Assembly (NCBI RefSeq): GCF_036971445.1
Contig: NC_091470.1
Span: forward strand, 348,316,001 to 348,380,000
Source: Narcine bancroftii
Taxonomy: Eukaryota
DNA length: 64,000 bases
Reading direction: 5' to 3'
The translations under genes were made by a program, and so were the position numbers. Positions 24,585 through 38,494 of this stretch are shown here, one piece after another; positions within the stretch are counted from its first letter, which is position 1; each line of letters begins with the position of its first letter. Under the pieces are notes generated by a model. The model saw only the letters and a list, made by a program, of their open reading frames with translations. It was not told the origin of the DNA and ran no database searches.

Positions 24585-26165
24585 AAGATCTGTAATCGCA
24601 ATCAAAATCTGATATTATAACAAAAGGAGATTCCCTCAATCTCAGTTGTTCTACCAATAGCCCTTTTTACACAGAGATCTTGTAATACTTCTGTAAAAAA
24701 AATACCCATCATTAAGCCAGCTTTGCTTGCCACCGGGAGAGAGCAGGACAGCAGTATTATACTTAAAAAGATTTTTCCTGTTTTCCTAGATTTAAATGCT
24801 TACCCATAAATACACAATCAAAAAAAATTCATAATATTCCCTGCTGAAATGAAGGGGGGGGGATCTTATATGCGGTCAAATACATTCCACATATACATCC
24901 TTTCCCATCGTGGTCCCAGGCTGTAGCCTGGAGGGAGAACTAATGCATTTTATTAGCTTACAACAAAGGAAGGGTTCATGAACAGGTTTCAGAGCAGTTC
25001 AGGGTTTAGGCAGGAAACCAGGGTTATATACAGGCCCCGAGGGGGAGGGGCTGTGAGGCAGGACCAGTCATAAGTACAGGACACTTCTAATGAATCCCAG
25101 TTCACATCCCTTTTTACACAAACATCTGTGACTATCTCTGCTGCCGGCTTAAAGGCGGGACTGCAATGACCCCCACCCCCCCCCACCATTCCATGCCTAT
25201 ATCATTTTTTTTTACAGAGGTGTGGTGCAATAAAGGCACAATATTCCCACACTGTGACTGCGTGAAAGGGGACAATGTTTGTTTCAAGACAATGTCATCA
25301 TTTTTTTGCTCATCTGGAGACCCAATTTATTTTAGGAAATTAGCATTGATATGAAGCCAATCTAGGTAAGTTAGGCCAAATCCAAAATAAAACTTTCTCT
25401 ATCCTAACTCCATGCACTTTTTTTTAAACATCAATGTAGAACAACACCCATCGATAACACTAGCCACCAAACTAAGACTATCAACTTAGATCCATAGTGG
25501 AACTCCACATCAGGGCTTAGAATGACTAAAATGATTTAAAAGACAACCTTTACAGGTAGAACCTGACTTACGATGCGGTTTCGTTCCGAGACTCACATTG
25601 TAAGTCGAAACAATACCAACGTCACTGCTTCTGCCTCCTTGTGAAACACCTGAGTACATGTTGTAACATTAAGCGTCACACAAATACAAACTGACGTGTA
25701 TTAACCACAAATTTTGCATGGAAATTGTCTTGAGAATAGCATAAAGTATTTTAACGCTAGTTTATGATTGGTATACCCTTTTCTCTTCTCTCGTACAGAT
25801 TTGCTCTGGATTTAATACCCCAGTTTCTGCCGGGAGCCCGATGTTAACACTCCAGCCGTGAACATGACCATCACGAAACTGAGGTTTGGCCATCCCTGTT
25901 CTTCACATTCCCTGTGCCTTGTTCAGAAGAGCTTTAGGGACATTCTTTCAAGAATCATCCACTAAAATAACAAAAATGATTGCATATAGAGAAATTCTGA
26001 AAGGGGAAAAAGACATCAGAAATAGTCCAAGCAAATCCACTTTGTCAGAAAGGGGAAAGAAAGGTCAGAAATCATCAATTGTAATTTCATCTATTTTCTA
26101 TCCAAATTGTTACTGGGATATATTATGAGAAAGGAATAAACTGTTGAATATTATATTCATAGAAT
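24347..26165 (+). repeat. 77-bp direct duplication (24347-24423 / 26089-26165)
   Basis: atctattttctatccaaattgttactggg...tattcatagaat; 2 mismatches. Confidence 0.93.
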
Positions 26166-26202
26166 ATTGCAAGTTAGAATATCGCAAGTCGACGACTATC
26201 TG
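25553..26202. mobile_element. Tc1/mariner (Tigger-like) non-autonomous element
   Basis: TA|caggtagaacctgacttacgat ... atcgcaagtcgacgactatctg|TA: imperfect TIRs with TA TSD. Confidence 0.7.
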
Positions 26203-26959
26203 TACTGCCAAAGGGTGATTATTTTCACCCCAAATTAATTTCAACATGTTCCCAGAGGGAAAGAATAATATAGAATTATGACTCCTTTATTTTCTAATTT
26301 TAATACCAAGAGAAGCAAAATAAATATCAAATTTATCTGTTTAACTTTTGGGAAAAAAGTGTATCAACTTCCAAACACAGGAACAATATGTCAAGTTTCC
26401 ACTCAATTCTCTTAGTAAGAGAATAGTATCTACAATAAGGAAAATCTTTGGAACTAGGCATCAGGACTGGTTGGCTTATTTTCCACCTCTCAATCATGTT
26501 GCAGAAGGCAATAAATAGCTGTTAGGGTGATTTAAAAAAACTCGCTTTGATGTTTGCTTGGCATGGATTTGTCAACTTTAATCCTAAGTTTCTTGAACAG
26601 GAGACTAGAGAAGATAGCATGTATTCACTGGAACTGAGACATATGAGTCAATCTTAATGACATTCTGAAAGGTGGGGGGGCTTAAGGGGGCCTCACCACT
26701 TCGGTGTGGTAAGAATTTTGAGGTTAGATAATCTATACTGGGAATCATGGCCTTAAGATAAAGGTCTTAGAGTCAAAACTGGGAGAAATGTCATGACCCG
26801 AGGAATTTGTGGATATTCAGGACTGAGACTGATAAATTTTTTAGACAATAAGAAAACAGATCACTTCTTAAGGAAGTGAAAATTATTACAGGACCTGGAA
26901 ATGCACATCAGCCAACATATCACTATTTATTTAAATAATTAAAAAGCATTTATCTTTAC

Positions 26960-27063
26960 CTCCAGACAGATACATAAATTATTATTAACAATAGGAGAGT
27001 CAATGAGGAAACTCCACAACCAACGATGAGGGTGACTGAAGGTAGGATCACCTTGTCCATGTT
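26960..27063 (-). CDS. ADGRB1: ADGRB1/BAI1 coding exon: TM1, [34 protein letters not shown](R)
   Basis: Hand-translated; not in the ORF track. Acceptor ctttcttctag|AAC, donor TGGAG|gtaaag. 104 nt, phase 0 to 2. [25 protein letters not shown] is the BAI1-type TM1. Confidence 0.95.
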
Positions 27064-27599
27064 CTAGAAGAAAGCCAGAGAAAGGACATAGTTAGATATC
27101 ATGGCCATCAGTGAAACAGTCAGACAATGATTAAGCACGATCATGTTTTAAATCAAAACAAAATTATTTTCCCAAATGCAACTCTCTCATGATTTATTTG
27201 GGATAATAATTTCTGTTTAAAATGTAATGGTTGATGTCATAATTTGTCCATCAAGGTGGGTGTTGCAAAGAATCTTTTGTGACACTTACCCAGAATAAAG
27301 GGTCATGGAGTGGTGCAGTATCGGAACAGATCATTTAACAGATCACATCCACGCTGATGTTTATCCCATCAGGTTGAATCCCATTTACTTGCATTAGGAC
27401 TGCATTTTTCTCCAGACTATTTAAGTGTTCAGAATAAATGTTTTTTTAAACATGGCAAGCGTATTGGATTCCACTACCTTGTCTGGCTGCACTTTCCAAA
27501 TATCAAACATTCTCTGTATAAGACTCCTTCTGCTCACCTTATATCAGCACCTTTTCAATTTCTCCTACTATGAGGGTTAAAAATAGATCTACCCTAATG

Positions 27600-28350
27600 T
27601 AATTCTTTTTTTGGTAAATTTTATTTTTATTGGCATCACTACAAGTACGGTATTTGTCCATATCATAGAGAATAATAAAAAAATAATGCAAAAATACATA
27701 TTTTCATATTTTCTCCCCATCCCTCCTCAAAACAGTAGGAAAGATAGAAGAAAAGAAAGCCTGCCTGATAATCATCTAGTTTTCATTGATTAATTAAATT
27801 TTAGATTTACATAATGATCTTGAACCTTGCATCAACTAAGGTGAGTTGGAGCGGGAGTGGCGGATGCTGTAGATGAAGTCATAGCAATAAAATACATATA
27901 AGGTTTCCAAATCTTATCAAATTTTTCTGGTTAATTCCATAAATTATATGCTATTTTCTCTAATGGTATACAATTTAGTAATTCCATTTGCCATTTATTG
28001 AACCCCAGCATTATTGTCTAATTTTCACGTTACAGCTATAGATTTCTTTGCTATTGCTACACTTAGAAACTTCTTCTGATAAATATCTAACTTCAAATAA
28101 AAAAATATCTCCTAATAAAAATATTTTGAGATCTTTCAAAACTTGCATCCTCATAACTCATCCCAAAAAAATTTTTGTATCTTTCCAAAATTTTCCTACT
28201 TTTTCACATTGCCAATCACATTTCCCGATCGTAATTCCTGCCATAAATTTATACATCACTTTCAATTCATTCTCAGCCTCCTTCCCTCCAAGGAAAACAA
28301 GTCCATCCTTTACAACCTTGCCTGATATCCAAAGTCCTCTCTGCCTTCTC
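27600..28350 (-). mobile_element. L1-like 3' fragment
   Basis: T-rich tail on the left; minus-strand similarity to an L1 ORF2 C-terminus. Confidence 0.55.
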
Positions 28351-28484
28351 TACAGGTAACCACAGGTTACTTTAAAGATAATATTTTGCACTCTAGTGGT
28401 GTTTTTGGAGAGGGGTGGTTCCTGAAACACAAAGGAAGCATTGAAAGTCATTCGCGATTCTTGCTGGAAGTTATACAACAAACT

Positions 28485-28605
28485 GAATTCTCGATGAAGG
28501 GTTCCGACCTGAAATGTGGAAAATTACTTTTCTCCCATGATGCAGCTCAACCCATTGAGTTCCAGGACGATTTTTGCTGCAGATTCCAGCATCTGCAATC
28601 TCTCA
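28485..28605 (+). mobile_element. Penelope-like terminal fragment with degenerate hammerhead motif
   Basis: tcgatgaa-gggt-tccg-acct-gaaatg ... agattccagcatctgca. Confidence 0.6.
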
Positions 28606-29344
28606 TGTGAAACCAAACTCTTGTTTTTTTTTCCGCAATTTGAAGGCTTTGCCTCAAGGCAGTGAGTCACAATGACATCGCCTTTCAGTCTTGTTAGTGT
28701 CTCTGTGGTGCTCAACTGTCAAATGTATTATCACAACGTCTGTGTGCCTGCTTCTAATATCCATGCAAGTGCATTTTCTATCATCAGCTGAATTAGACTG
28801 AGGGACTTCAGCTAACTACTTGTCCTTCTCATCAGGGGGATTCTGGTTAACTCTAGCTGAGATCTTAATCAATTGAGGTAAAGCTATTTAACACCAAACC
28901 AAGGATCAATCTTTTCTTTTGCTTCCCTTCAGTGTAGCCTTGATGCTTAATTAGCCACATCCGAAGACTTTTAAGAATCAAAGCAAAGGTGAAACTACTC
29001 TGAATGGAGGCAAGTTCCCATCATGCCAAAATTCCACTCGTATTTGGAGTCATTTGGAAATATTGGTGGGATAAATCAATTCTTCATAAGCAGGAAGGGA
29101 AAATCTAACAGAAATCTGTATATTCTTGTGAGCATATTCATAGTATCAATGGGCAGTTCAGAAATTGTACATGTAGCTATGTGATAATTACTAAATAATG
29201 ATTCATCAAAATGGAAGTGACAATCTGATAGTAGATGAAGTGCCTAAAATGCCTGTGGCATCCATTGCCCAAATAAAAAGCCTTCCATCTCTTGGTCCTT
29301 ACTGTCAATATTCACATCATAAAGTTCTTACAAGTAAATTTAGT

Positions 29345-29550
29345 GGTACGGTTAGTTTGCTAGTTAATGCCACACTATTACTGTCCCAGCAATCAGGACT
29401 GGGGTTCAAATCCCACATGGTCTGTATGCCCTCCCCATAACTGCATGGATTTCCCAGGGGCTCCGATTTCCTCTCACCATTCAAAATGTACTGGGGGTTG
29501 TTGGTCAACTGGGTGTAAATGAGCAGCATTTACCTTGCTGTCTGTCTCAA
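29345..29550 (+). mobile_element. tRNA-derived SINE
   Basis: A-box-like start, ggttcaaatccc B-box, body shared with 58832. Confidence 0.7.
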
Positions 29551-29939
29551 TTAATTCAGTGAACCCTATGCCTTTTCCACCACCTTGGTCCCATCAGCAC
29601 CTCTGCCTTCAATGTGGGTGTTGCTACACCAACTTGATGAGAGTTGTATAATTATAGTAATTCAATGACAAATTTGGCAGAGGAAATTATAATGGACATA
29701 TAAAAAGGAGGACATAATTATTGACTTTATAATGGATACTGATTACTATTTCTGCGCACCCTGATGTAACTCCCATTCTTGATCCTAGCTTCATTTAGAA
29801 CCTGCCCTACATCTAATGCTTGTGTCTAAATCACTTAGTGGCATAAAAATAAATTCTTATGCAAAATACCTATCAAACGTTTGATGCTACATGAAAATCA
29901 TGTCAAGAAAACAATGTAAGTTTGTCTAAAATAAAAAAT

Positions 29940-30048
29940 AAAACACAAGTCTACAGTAAATTAAAAATGCAATGCTGGAGAAGATCAGCCGGTCAAATGA
30001 AGATGAAGATCCATAACTAACGTTTCAGGCTTGAGCCCTTCATCAAGT
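29940..30048 (-). mobile_element. Penelope-like terminal fragment with hammerhead-like motif
   Basis: Minus strand UUGAUGA-A-GGGCUCAAGCCU-GAAACGUU at 30019-30047. Confidence 0.6.
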
Positions 30049-30124
30049 AATCTAAGACCCAAGATTTAAAAGTAGCTGAGTGACATCTGCAGGGTTGTAC
30101 ACATGCACAATATCTTGGGTTTTT

Positions 30125-30360
30125 TTTTAAAGACATACTGCACGGTAACAGGCCATTTTGGCCCACGATCCAATTTACACCCCATTAACCTACTTTCCAG
30201 GGTCATTTTGAATAGTGGGAGGAAACCGGAGCCCCCAGAGATAACCCACACAGACCGAGGAGAACGTGCAAATTCCTTACAGAGAGCATGGGACTCAAAC
30301 CCTGGTCCAGACCTGATCCACTGTAAAGGCATTGCACTAACCACTATGCCAACCGGGCCA
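30125..30360 (-). mobile_element. tRNA-derived SINE
   Basis: Reverse complement of the 58832 family; a further copy at ~32000-32235. Confidence 0.8.
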
Positions 30361-33059
30361 CCCACTGGGAGGTGATATTTAGGGGTGCAGGCAGATTCGC
30401 AGTAAACCTAACATCATAATGCAAATTGATCACATCCATGGTAGTTACCAATATAGCATTCTTCAAAAGCCATTCTATTTTTTCAAGAGAGCAAACAGGA
30501 GGAAGAGGACAAAGGTTAATTGATAACTAAGAATTCAATGCCTGTCATCCCATCCCTGGTCAAGTTTTATTCTGTATCTGAACCAAAGGTAGGAGAGGAA
30601 GATGCATTGAATGCTGCAGAGAGCATTTAGCACAGAGAATTTGTTTTTTGGTACATCTAATTTTTGATTTCATGTGGTAGTGTATTTTTTTCCTTAAAAC
30701 TTCTAAAGATGAATTGGCTTCTTGCTCCATTTGCTTTGCTCCCAAATCAGTTATCATTATTAAAAATGGAGACAAAGGTTCCTGCATATTGAAAAACCAT
30801 CACAAATTTCAATCCTCAAGTTTCGAATATCTTGCTTTGAGTTGATTGGGTTGGGAAGGCTGCCTGACGGTCCCCAAAGCATACTCTAAGAATATCACTG
30901 CCATTTTCCTTAACAGCCCACTCAAAGGAGTAGCTGGATAAATGGTATGTTTTCAGCCAATTTTGTGAAGATCACATTTACCATTCACTACACCTTGAGA
31001 CTCACAATGAAAGCCCATTTGATTATTAGCATTGTAATTGCAATGGAAGCAACACATCATAAACTTTATTTTGTGATCATTATTCTGCATGGTATATCTA
31101 TGCACGACTATAATTTTACTTCAATTCAAAAGGTAAGATACAAAGTAATAGTTTCAAAGCTAATAATTTTGAGATTGCATCTAGTTATTCCAAAAGAAAA
31201 TAAAGCTAGTCCCCTAGCTAAGATTAAATGTACTTGATTCTCATTTAGATAAAGTATAACAAAAGTGAACACGAGTTCTATCTGGTAATTACATAAACTG
31301 CTCATGCATTTTATTGATGTCATTTTGTTGGTTATACTTCACATGAAAATCAGCTTTTCATGCAAGGTGCATAATACAGCTCAGAACCAAGCTTAATATA
31401 AATATTACAGAGGAGATCCAAAAGTGGGAATAGAGTCACAGCACAGATAAATTCCTCTCTGCCCACAACATCATCGTTGACCGTTTGGATTATTTTCCCC
31501 CATCCCATTTGCCCACATTAGGTCAAGAATATAATAAGAATGGAGAAAGAGTATCATATTGGTTGGAAATTAATGTGAAAGAAAGCACAGACGTATGTTG
31601 TAAAGATATGAAAGATAATTAAAGGAAGGATGGGGCAACCAGAGATCAATATGAAAATATTTGCATTTTAGAAATGCTGAGATATTGAGGTCCTTGCCAA
31701 GGCTCCAATAGGAAAAGGTAGTGATAACATCACATGGGAAAAATGTTGATAAAGGGAGAGTTATTTGAGAAGTTGGCAATCCTCTGAAAAATATTTCGCC
31801 CAGATATGATGGATCCCAGTTTCTGGGGAGAAAAACAAGGGTTGCAACTGTGGGTCGTCCCATAAACTCCTCAAAAATCGGTGGAGTACAGACGTTATCT
31901 CTCAGCTTAAAATAGGGAAGGGACAATAAAAATATAGTTGCAGGTCAAGCAGCTTCACTGACACAAAAACTAAATTTTAGATACAATTATTTAATTTTAT
32001 TTAGACATATGGCACAGCAACAGAGATTCTGGCCCATAAGTGTGGACTGCCCAGTTACACCCAATTAACCGACAAGCCCCCCCACCACCACATCTTTGAA
32101 GAGCGGGAGAAAACCGGAGCACCTGGAGGAAAGCCACGCAGACACGGGGTTCCTTTCAGGCAGCAGCAAGTTCAAACTCAGCTTACTGGTGCAGTAACTG
32201 CATTGTGCTAACCACTACGTGAACCATGCTGCCCTGGGATGATGTTCTTTGGAAAACTTAAAGTAATAAAAAAAAGTCAGCACAAATTTGCCAGAAGGAA
32301 AATTACACTTAACTAAGATTGAATTCTCTAAGAAAGTATTGGAGATAGCTAACAAGGGCAGTGCCATTGACATTATACAAATAAAAGGTTTATGACAAGT
32401 CCCACAGAATGGATTTGTTACTTAAACTAAAGCCTTGATTGTTGAGGAATAATGAGAAAGATAGGAGAAAACCTTCCAAAAAAAAGACTTCAACAGACAA
32501 ATGTCATGGGCATTGCAGACAAAACTTTGGTTTGAAGAAGGAGGAGAGGGAATAAATACTAAATAATGCAATTGAATGGGGCACAGACATCTGCGGGTAG
32601 CTGTACACAAAGCTTTGAAGCTGACAGGTCTTTGAAAAGTCTGCCAAAAAAAGAAACACAAGTGCAATCTTTGACTTTTATCAACAGAATCGCTAGCTTA
32701 GAATATGTGCACACCACGCAAAAAAAAATGTTGGGTGCAGTTCGCTTTAGAACAGCAGATACTTTATGGTCATACTTGGTACACTAAAATTTATCATCCC
32801 GGTGGATATGAACCAGCAACTTAGGAGTGGATCCAAACGGCTTGACTGCCATATTAATAGACAATCGAACTATAAACTCAACACAGCATTCATCGGCCCT
32901 GTAGGAATCTTTCAACTACCTGGGTATCAAAATTAAAATAAAATATTCAAAAAAAAAGCCGCGAACCTCTGCCTTTATCATGATTTAAGGAAGAGAGAAA
33001 AATATCTTCTCATCTCAGTCTTATATTAAAACAGTGTCTTCATTCTTGGTTCTCCCACA

Positions 33060-36000
33060 CGAGGAAGAATTTTGAATCAAATTAATATTGTCTGTGAGAC
33101 TAATTCTGACTCAACTGTGGACAAATTTTTACTTTGGGTTACGATTAAGGCATATTTAAGGGGGAAAGTTATTAGTTATGCCTCTAGGATTAAAAAAGAA
33201 TATACAAGGGAGGTGGATGAATTGGAAAAGGAGATCACAATTTTAGAAAAGGACCTTCAACAAAGACCCTCTGTGTAAAAACATAGAAGACTAATGAGTG
33301 AGAAGCACAAGTACAGTACCATAAATATGTATAGAATTGTGTAATATACGTTATATTATGTATAGATATGTTTTTGGAGGAGATAGATTGTGAGGTTTTT
33401 AGTTTGGTCACAAACACTTCAAAACAGATCTAATTTTAGAATGCAAGATTTATGCATAAGGTGGTGCCTACAAGTCTGCAAAAACAATAGACTCCTGGGC
33501 TGGCGATTTTCAAAACGAGGTGCAAATGGAAGAGCCTATTTCAGGAAACTGATAAGATCACTCCTGAATTGATTTTTGGAGTCAGTGAACTGTTTTGGTG
33601 GAGTGTGCTCTTTTAGGAAGGTCATGTGGTTTTTCAAACAGAGAGGGTCAAACAAGTTTTCCTCTAAGTGATAGATACAGAGAAAGAGAGACTGCTGGTT
33701 TTCTGCAGTTGCCTTTGGAAGCATGTTTGAAACCCCATTTTGAAGAAAGGGTATGAGTTCTGAGTTCAGCTTGTTCAAAGCCCTTGTGGTCTATAGAAGA
33801 GGAGATGGTTGGCTGTATAATGTTTCACTTGAAATAAGGGAAACCTAAAGGAACTTTGTGATGACCTGAAAGAAAGAGGTTATCATCTGGAAAACCCTGA
33901 TGGGGTAAGTTTCTTCAGCAAGACACTGAAGTGGCTGATCGGAAGCAATCAGTTTGTGTGTGTGTCCAATGAGCAATAAATCTCTCTGTAACCATTCACC
34001 TTTCAAACACCAAAGCCTGGTGAAGGTTCATAAATGTTAAATTCTGTGCACAGTATAAAGATCAAAGAACTTTTCTGAACTTACACACCATTACTTACAT
34101 GTGTGTTTAGAATTAGGAGGGGGTTAAGTTAAGTTAATTATAATGTTAAGGTTTGATCCAGTATTTATGGTTAAAAAAAATTAAAAGTAACTTTTGTTTA
34201 AGTAACCATTGGTGAATTTCTATTGCTGCTGGATTTTGGGGTCCTCTGGGCCCATAACAATGGAAAAAATGATAACAAAATCTAAGCAAAGATACTATGA
34301 ACTAGGGTAAAGGGCCTACAAGGTCCTCTCCTGGCAGATGAAATCAGAGCAAGCCTAGGGAATGATAAACGCAATTAAGTCAAACGCGGCAGCATCTCCT
34401 TTAAGCCAAAGGTCATAAATGTAGCTTTTAAACAATTTTATATGAACTTGTATGAATCTCAATCAGTAGGGGATTTGAATAAAATAGAAAGTTTCCAGTC
34501 ACAATTGGACCTTCCAAATTTGAATTTATAAGAACAGGGGGGCTTTAAACACTTCCTTTAATCAAGGTGAGATAGGGAAGCATTGTTATCCCTGCAAGTT
34601 AAGGGAGAAGACGGATTCCCACCCAAATTTTATAAAGAATTTAAAGATTTAGTGATACCTCTATTTACGGAGGTACTAGAACTAGATTAAGCAGTGGCAA
34701 ACCCATACTCTTCTGGTCTCCCTCTCAGTAGCAATTATTACAATAATTCCCAAAAAATATAGGGACCCATTAAAACCATCATCTTATAGGCCTATATCAT
34801 TATTGAATATGATCTATAAGATCATTGCTAAAGCTCTGGAAAATTGATTGGCAGTATGTATGACAAAATTAATAAATGTAGATCAGAAGGGGTTTGTACA
34901 GAATAGGCAGTCTCTGGACAATGTTAGTAAACTGCTCAGGATTGTTCATTTGGCACAAACAAGGGATGAATTGACTGTCGCTCAGGCCCTAGATGTGGAG
35001 AAAGCTTTCGACAGACTAGAATGGGATGATTATTTTAAAATTTTGGGAAAATTTGGACTAGGAGAGCTATTTATTAATTGGGTTAAAGCTCTATATTAAT
35101 AGCCTAAAGCAGAAGTAATCACAAATGGTCAAATCTAATCGATGTTCCCATTGTCCAGATCTAAAAGACAAAATTGTCCATTATCTCCAGCCCTTTTTGT
35201 TCTGATTATTTAACCGTTAGTGGAATCTATCTGCCAAGATCCAGACATAAAAGGCTTCAGGGTTAACTAGATCTGTTTTATCTGACAGATCCAGTGAGAT
35301 CATTACAAAAACTGCAGTCTAAATTGGAATTTTTTGGAACTTTCTCGGCCTATAAAGTTAATTGGAATAAAAGCAGAGTTATGCTACTTATGGGTGGGAT
35401 GGTAAAAGAAACTCTTAATTAAAGTGGCTGCTTAATGGGATAAAATGTTTTGGTATTAGGATAGATAATAACTTACAGACTTATATAAATTGAATTATCT
35501 TCCCTTGCTTCAGAAAATTTAGAATTATTTAAATAAATGGATAAATCTTCTAATTGCTTTGATTGGAAGGGTCAATTGTATAAAAATGAATACATTACCT
35601 AAATTACAATATCTTTTTCAAAACCTACCTGTTTTAGTACCACAACAATTCTTTAAGAATTTAAATAAATATATTAGGAAGTTTCTGTGAAAAGGTAAGT
35701 TTCCCAGAGTCTCTATCAATAAATTAGCCTGGAATAATGAACTAGGAGGAATAAAACTCCCAGACTTTAAAAAAAATATTATTGGGCAACCCAAATGAAA
35801 TATGTCGCCTCCCTCTTTGATGGAGAAGACAAGTATTCTAGGGTAAAACTGAAACTACATAAGGTTAGTGAGAAGATAGGAGAAAATTTTATACATAAAT
35901 GTAATTCTAAATTACTATTTGGTCCTAAGGAAGCCCCCTTACTAAAACATATTATTACAATTTGGAATCAACTCAATGGTCAAATTTGTGTTGGGGCGGC

Positions 36001-37378
36001 CTCTCACCCAAAACACCCTGAGCTCAAAATAAATTAATTCTGTTAACAATTAATAATAATATTCTATAAAATTGTTCCCACAGTTGGATCAAATATATAA
36101 GATTGTTTTGAGCAGAGACAACTTATGACATTTGAAGAAATCAGGAATAAATTTGGAGTTTTAAATACATATTTTTTCTGCTATATTCAGTTAAGATCTT
36201 ATTTAAGGGATAAATTAGCTCCAGCACTAGCCTTACTGCAATGTACTGAAATAGAGACTCTGGTTCAAAAGGAGATCACAAAGAAATTTATCTCAAAAAT
36301 ATATTTCTTCCTTCAGGTGGAAGCCCCTAAACAAGGGCTAGATAAGTCAAGAGAGAGATGGGAATCAGATTTAGGTATAGAAATTCATCCATTTTACTGG
36401 TCTGACCTATGTTGGGACAGTATGAGCAATGTAATTAATGTAAGGTATAGGCTGGTATATAGTATTTTGTGGAGTACCTTACTCCACAAAAATTGAATAA
36501 ATTGAAATCTGAATTATCCAATTTATGTTTCGATGCAGTCAAAATATAGGACCTTTTTGCATTCAACCTGGTTTTGCCTCAAGGTGAAATCCTTGTGAGA
36601 AGATTTGGGGAATCTCCTGGAACAAATTACTGGAATTCGATACCCTCAAGTTCCAGATTTTTTTTAATTGGGGAAATTAGCAGATAGAAGACCCAAAATG
36701 AGGTTGTTGAAATATCATCTGAAATTTGTTAAACTCGTTTAGAGGCGGCCAGAAAATGCATAGCCATTATTTGAAAATCAGAGTCTGACCTGCTGGAAGT
36801 CTGAAATGCACAGTTGTGTCCCCTGGAGAAGATTATTTACAACCTCAGAAATTGTTACAACATGCTTTTAAGAATATGGAACGCGTATTTAAGATACCTG
36901 GGGGTTCAACTTTGATGATTCCCCCCCTCTCTCTGGTCTCTAACACCACTATCTCCAGTATTCCTAGTGATGTCTATGTCAACTCCTTTATCCCTTAAGG
37001 GAGGATGTAAGCTCTGGATGAATCACCATACTAATCACAGGGCATGTTTGTCTCTATGTAATTAATACTTTAGGAAAAAACGTTAATTTTGTCACATTAT
37101 ATGGGAGAATTACCTCTTTCTTTTTTCCTTTTCCTGGGGGGGGGGGTCTTTCACTTTTTCTTTTTTTCTATTTCCTTCTTTTTCTTTTAAGGATCGGCAC
37201 GAGGTGTAATTTTGTATTTATAAACAATGGTGCAGAATTTTATAATTGTGATAATGTGTTGATTCTTCCTTCTTTGTATATCAACATGTTGTTCGATTTT
37301 GGTATTTTATTGTATATATCTGAAATGTTTCTTTGATTTTGTTTGTAACTTCATGGTGATTGAAAATGAAATAAAGGG
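33060..37378 (+). mobile_element. L1/Tx1-clade LINE, decayed, interrupted by a solo LTR
   Basis: LWVTIKAYLRG, SYRPISLLN, DQKGF, LDVEKAFDRLEW, WESDLG; aataaa near 37370. Confidence 0.9.
33340..34259. mobile_element. Solo LTR (920 bp) inserted in L1 ORF2
   Basis: TGTAA...TAACA termini; 4-bp TSD attg/atgg (1 mismatch); L1 coding similarity resumes on both sides. Confidence 0.75.
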
Positions 37379-37515
37379 TAAATACCATATTGACCATCAG
37401 GGTCGCATCCATTTCAATCAATGTGCATTCTCTGACTTTTGGTTTTAACTCCCAGCAAAACTTGGAAAGATAAGTGAATCAACCCCACCACACATGACTT
37501 TGCCGCTGTCTACAT

Positions 37516-37649
37516 CAGTGGTTCTCAACCATTTTTTTCCCTCACTCACATACCACTTTAAGTATTCCCTATACAGTAGGTGCTCCGTGATTAGTAAGGG
37601 ATTGCTTAAAGTGGTATGCAGGTGGAAAGAAAAAGGTTGAGAACCACTG
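37516..37649. mobile_element. hAT (Charlie-type) MITE monomer, 134 bp
   Basis: TIRs cagtggttctcaacc / ggttgagaaccactg; perfect 8-bp TSD gtctacat. Confidence 0.93.
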
Positions 37650-38494
37650 GTCTACATCTTTCTCGGTATAGTACTTTAATGCCTTAATTTATGATACAAT
37701 CAGTGTTGGGTCACAGATAGGTTATGATCAACTGATTGCACCTCTGTTCACCTAACTGACTGACAAAGCTTGCTCCACAAAAATCTGCACTGCTTAAACT
37801 TGGCTCAACTTCCTTTTCCACACTGGAGCCTAAAAAGCTTTAACCTGATGAAAGAGGTTTGAAGGGAAGAAATGTAAAAATTAAGTGACAAAGACCCTTC
37901 ATGTTTCAGTTGTTAACAATATTTTTGTCAAATTCCTTTTTGGCAGCTAATCGTCTGGCACGAGTTTAATGCCATCATGATGATTAAAAGAAACTTAAGT
38001 ATTGCTTTTATATTTAAGATGGAGGGTACGTGGAGGGAAATGGAGGGCAATGAGATGAGACAGAATAGTTTAGCACAGACAAGATGGGCCAAAGGGCCTG
38101 TTTCTGTTCTGCAGCGTGCTCAAGACTATGTGGGTGGGAAAACCTGGCGATAACGATTACATATGATGGACAGATGTGTGCATCCACTGGTACCACTCCT
38201 TACTGAAAATTCCCAAAGAGTACTCACATGGCAATGGGTCTCCAACATTTCAAAGATGGGAGCAAGTATTTTGAGATGCTCATAACTGCACTGTCTTTAT
38301 TTCAAGCTAATTGTCAGTTCAAAAGAAAGTTGAATAACTGACATCAATTTTACCTAATATTACTTGAATATCCCAACAATGGTCCATTGGACATGCGAGA
38401 AAGACAACATTCAGGGGGATGTGGTTGGGCCGGGATAAGTGGATGCTATCTTCATGCTTTTGCTCTTGAAATTATATGTCGCCCCCAACATTTT

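Larger units (their letters stand above)
20162..25480 (+). repeat. Copy B of the duplicated intronic segment (20162-20807, 21034-21062, 24597-24660, 25310-25480)
   Basis: Collinear with copy A and interrupted by different insertions. Confidence 0.9.
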
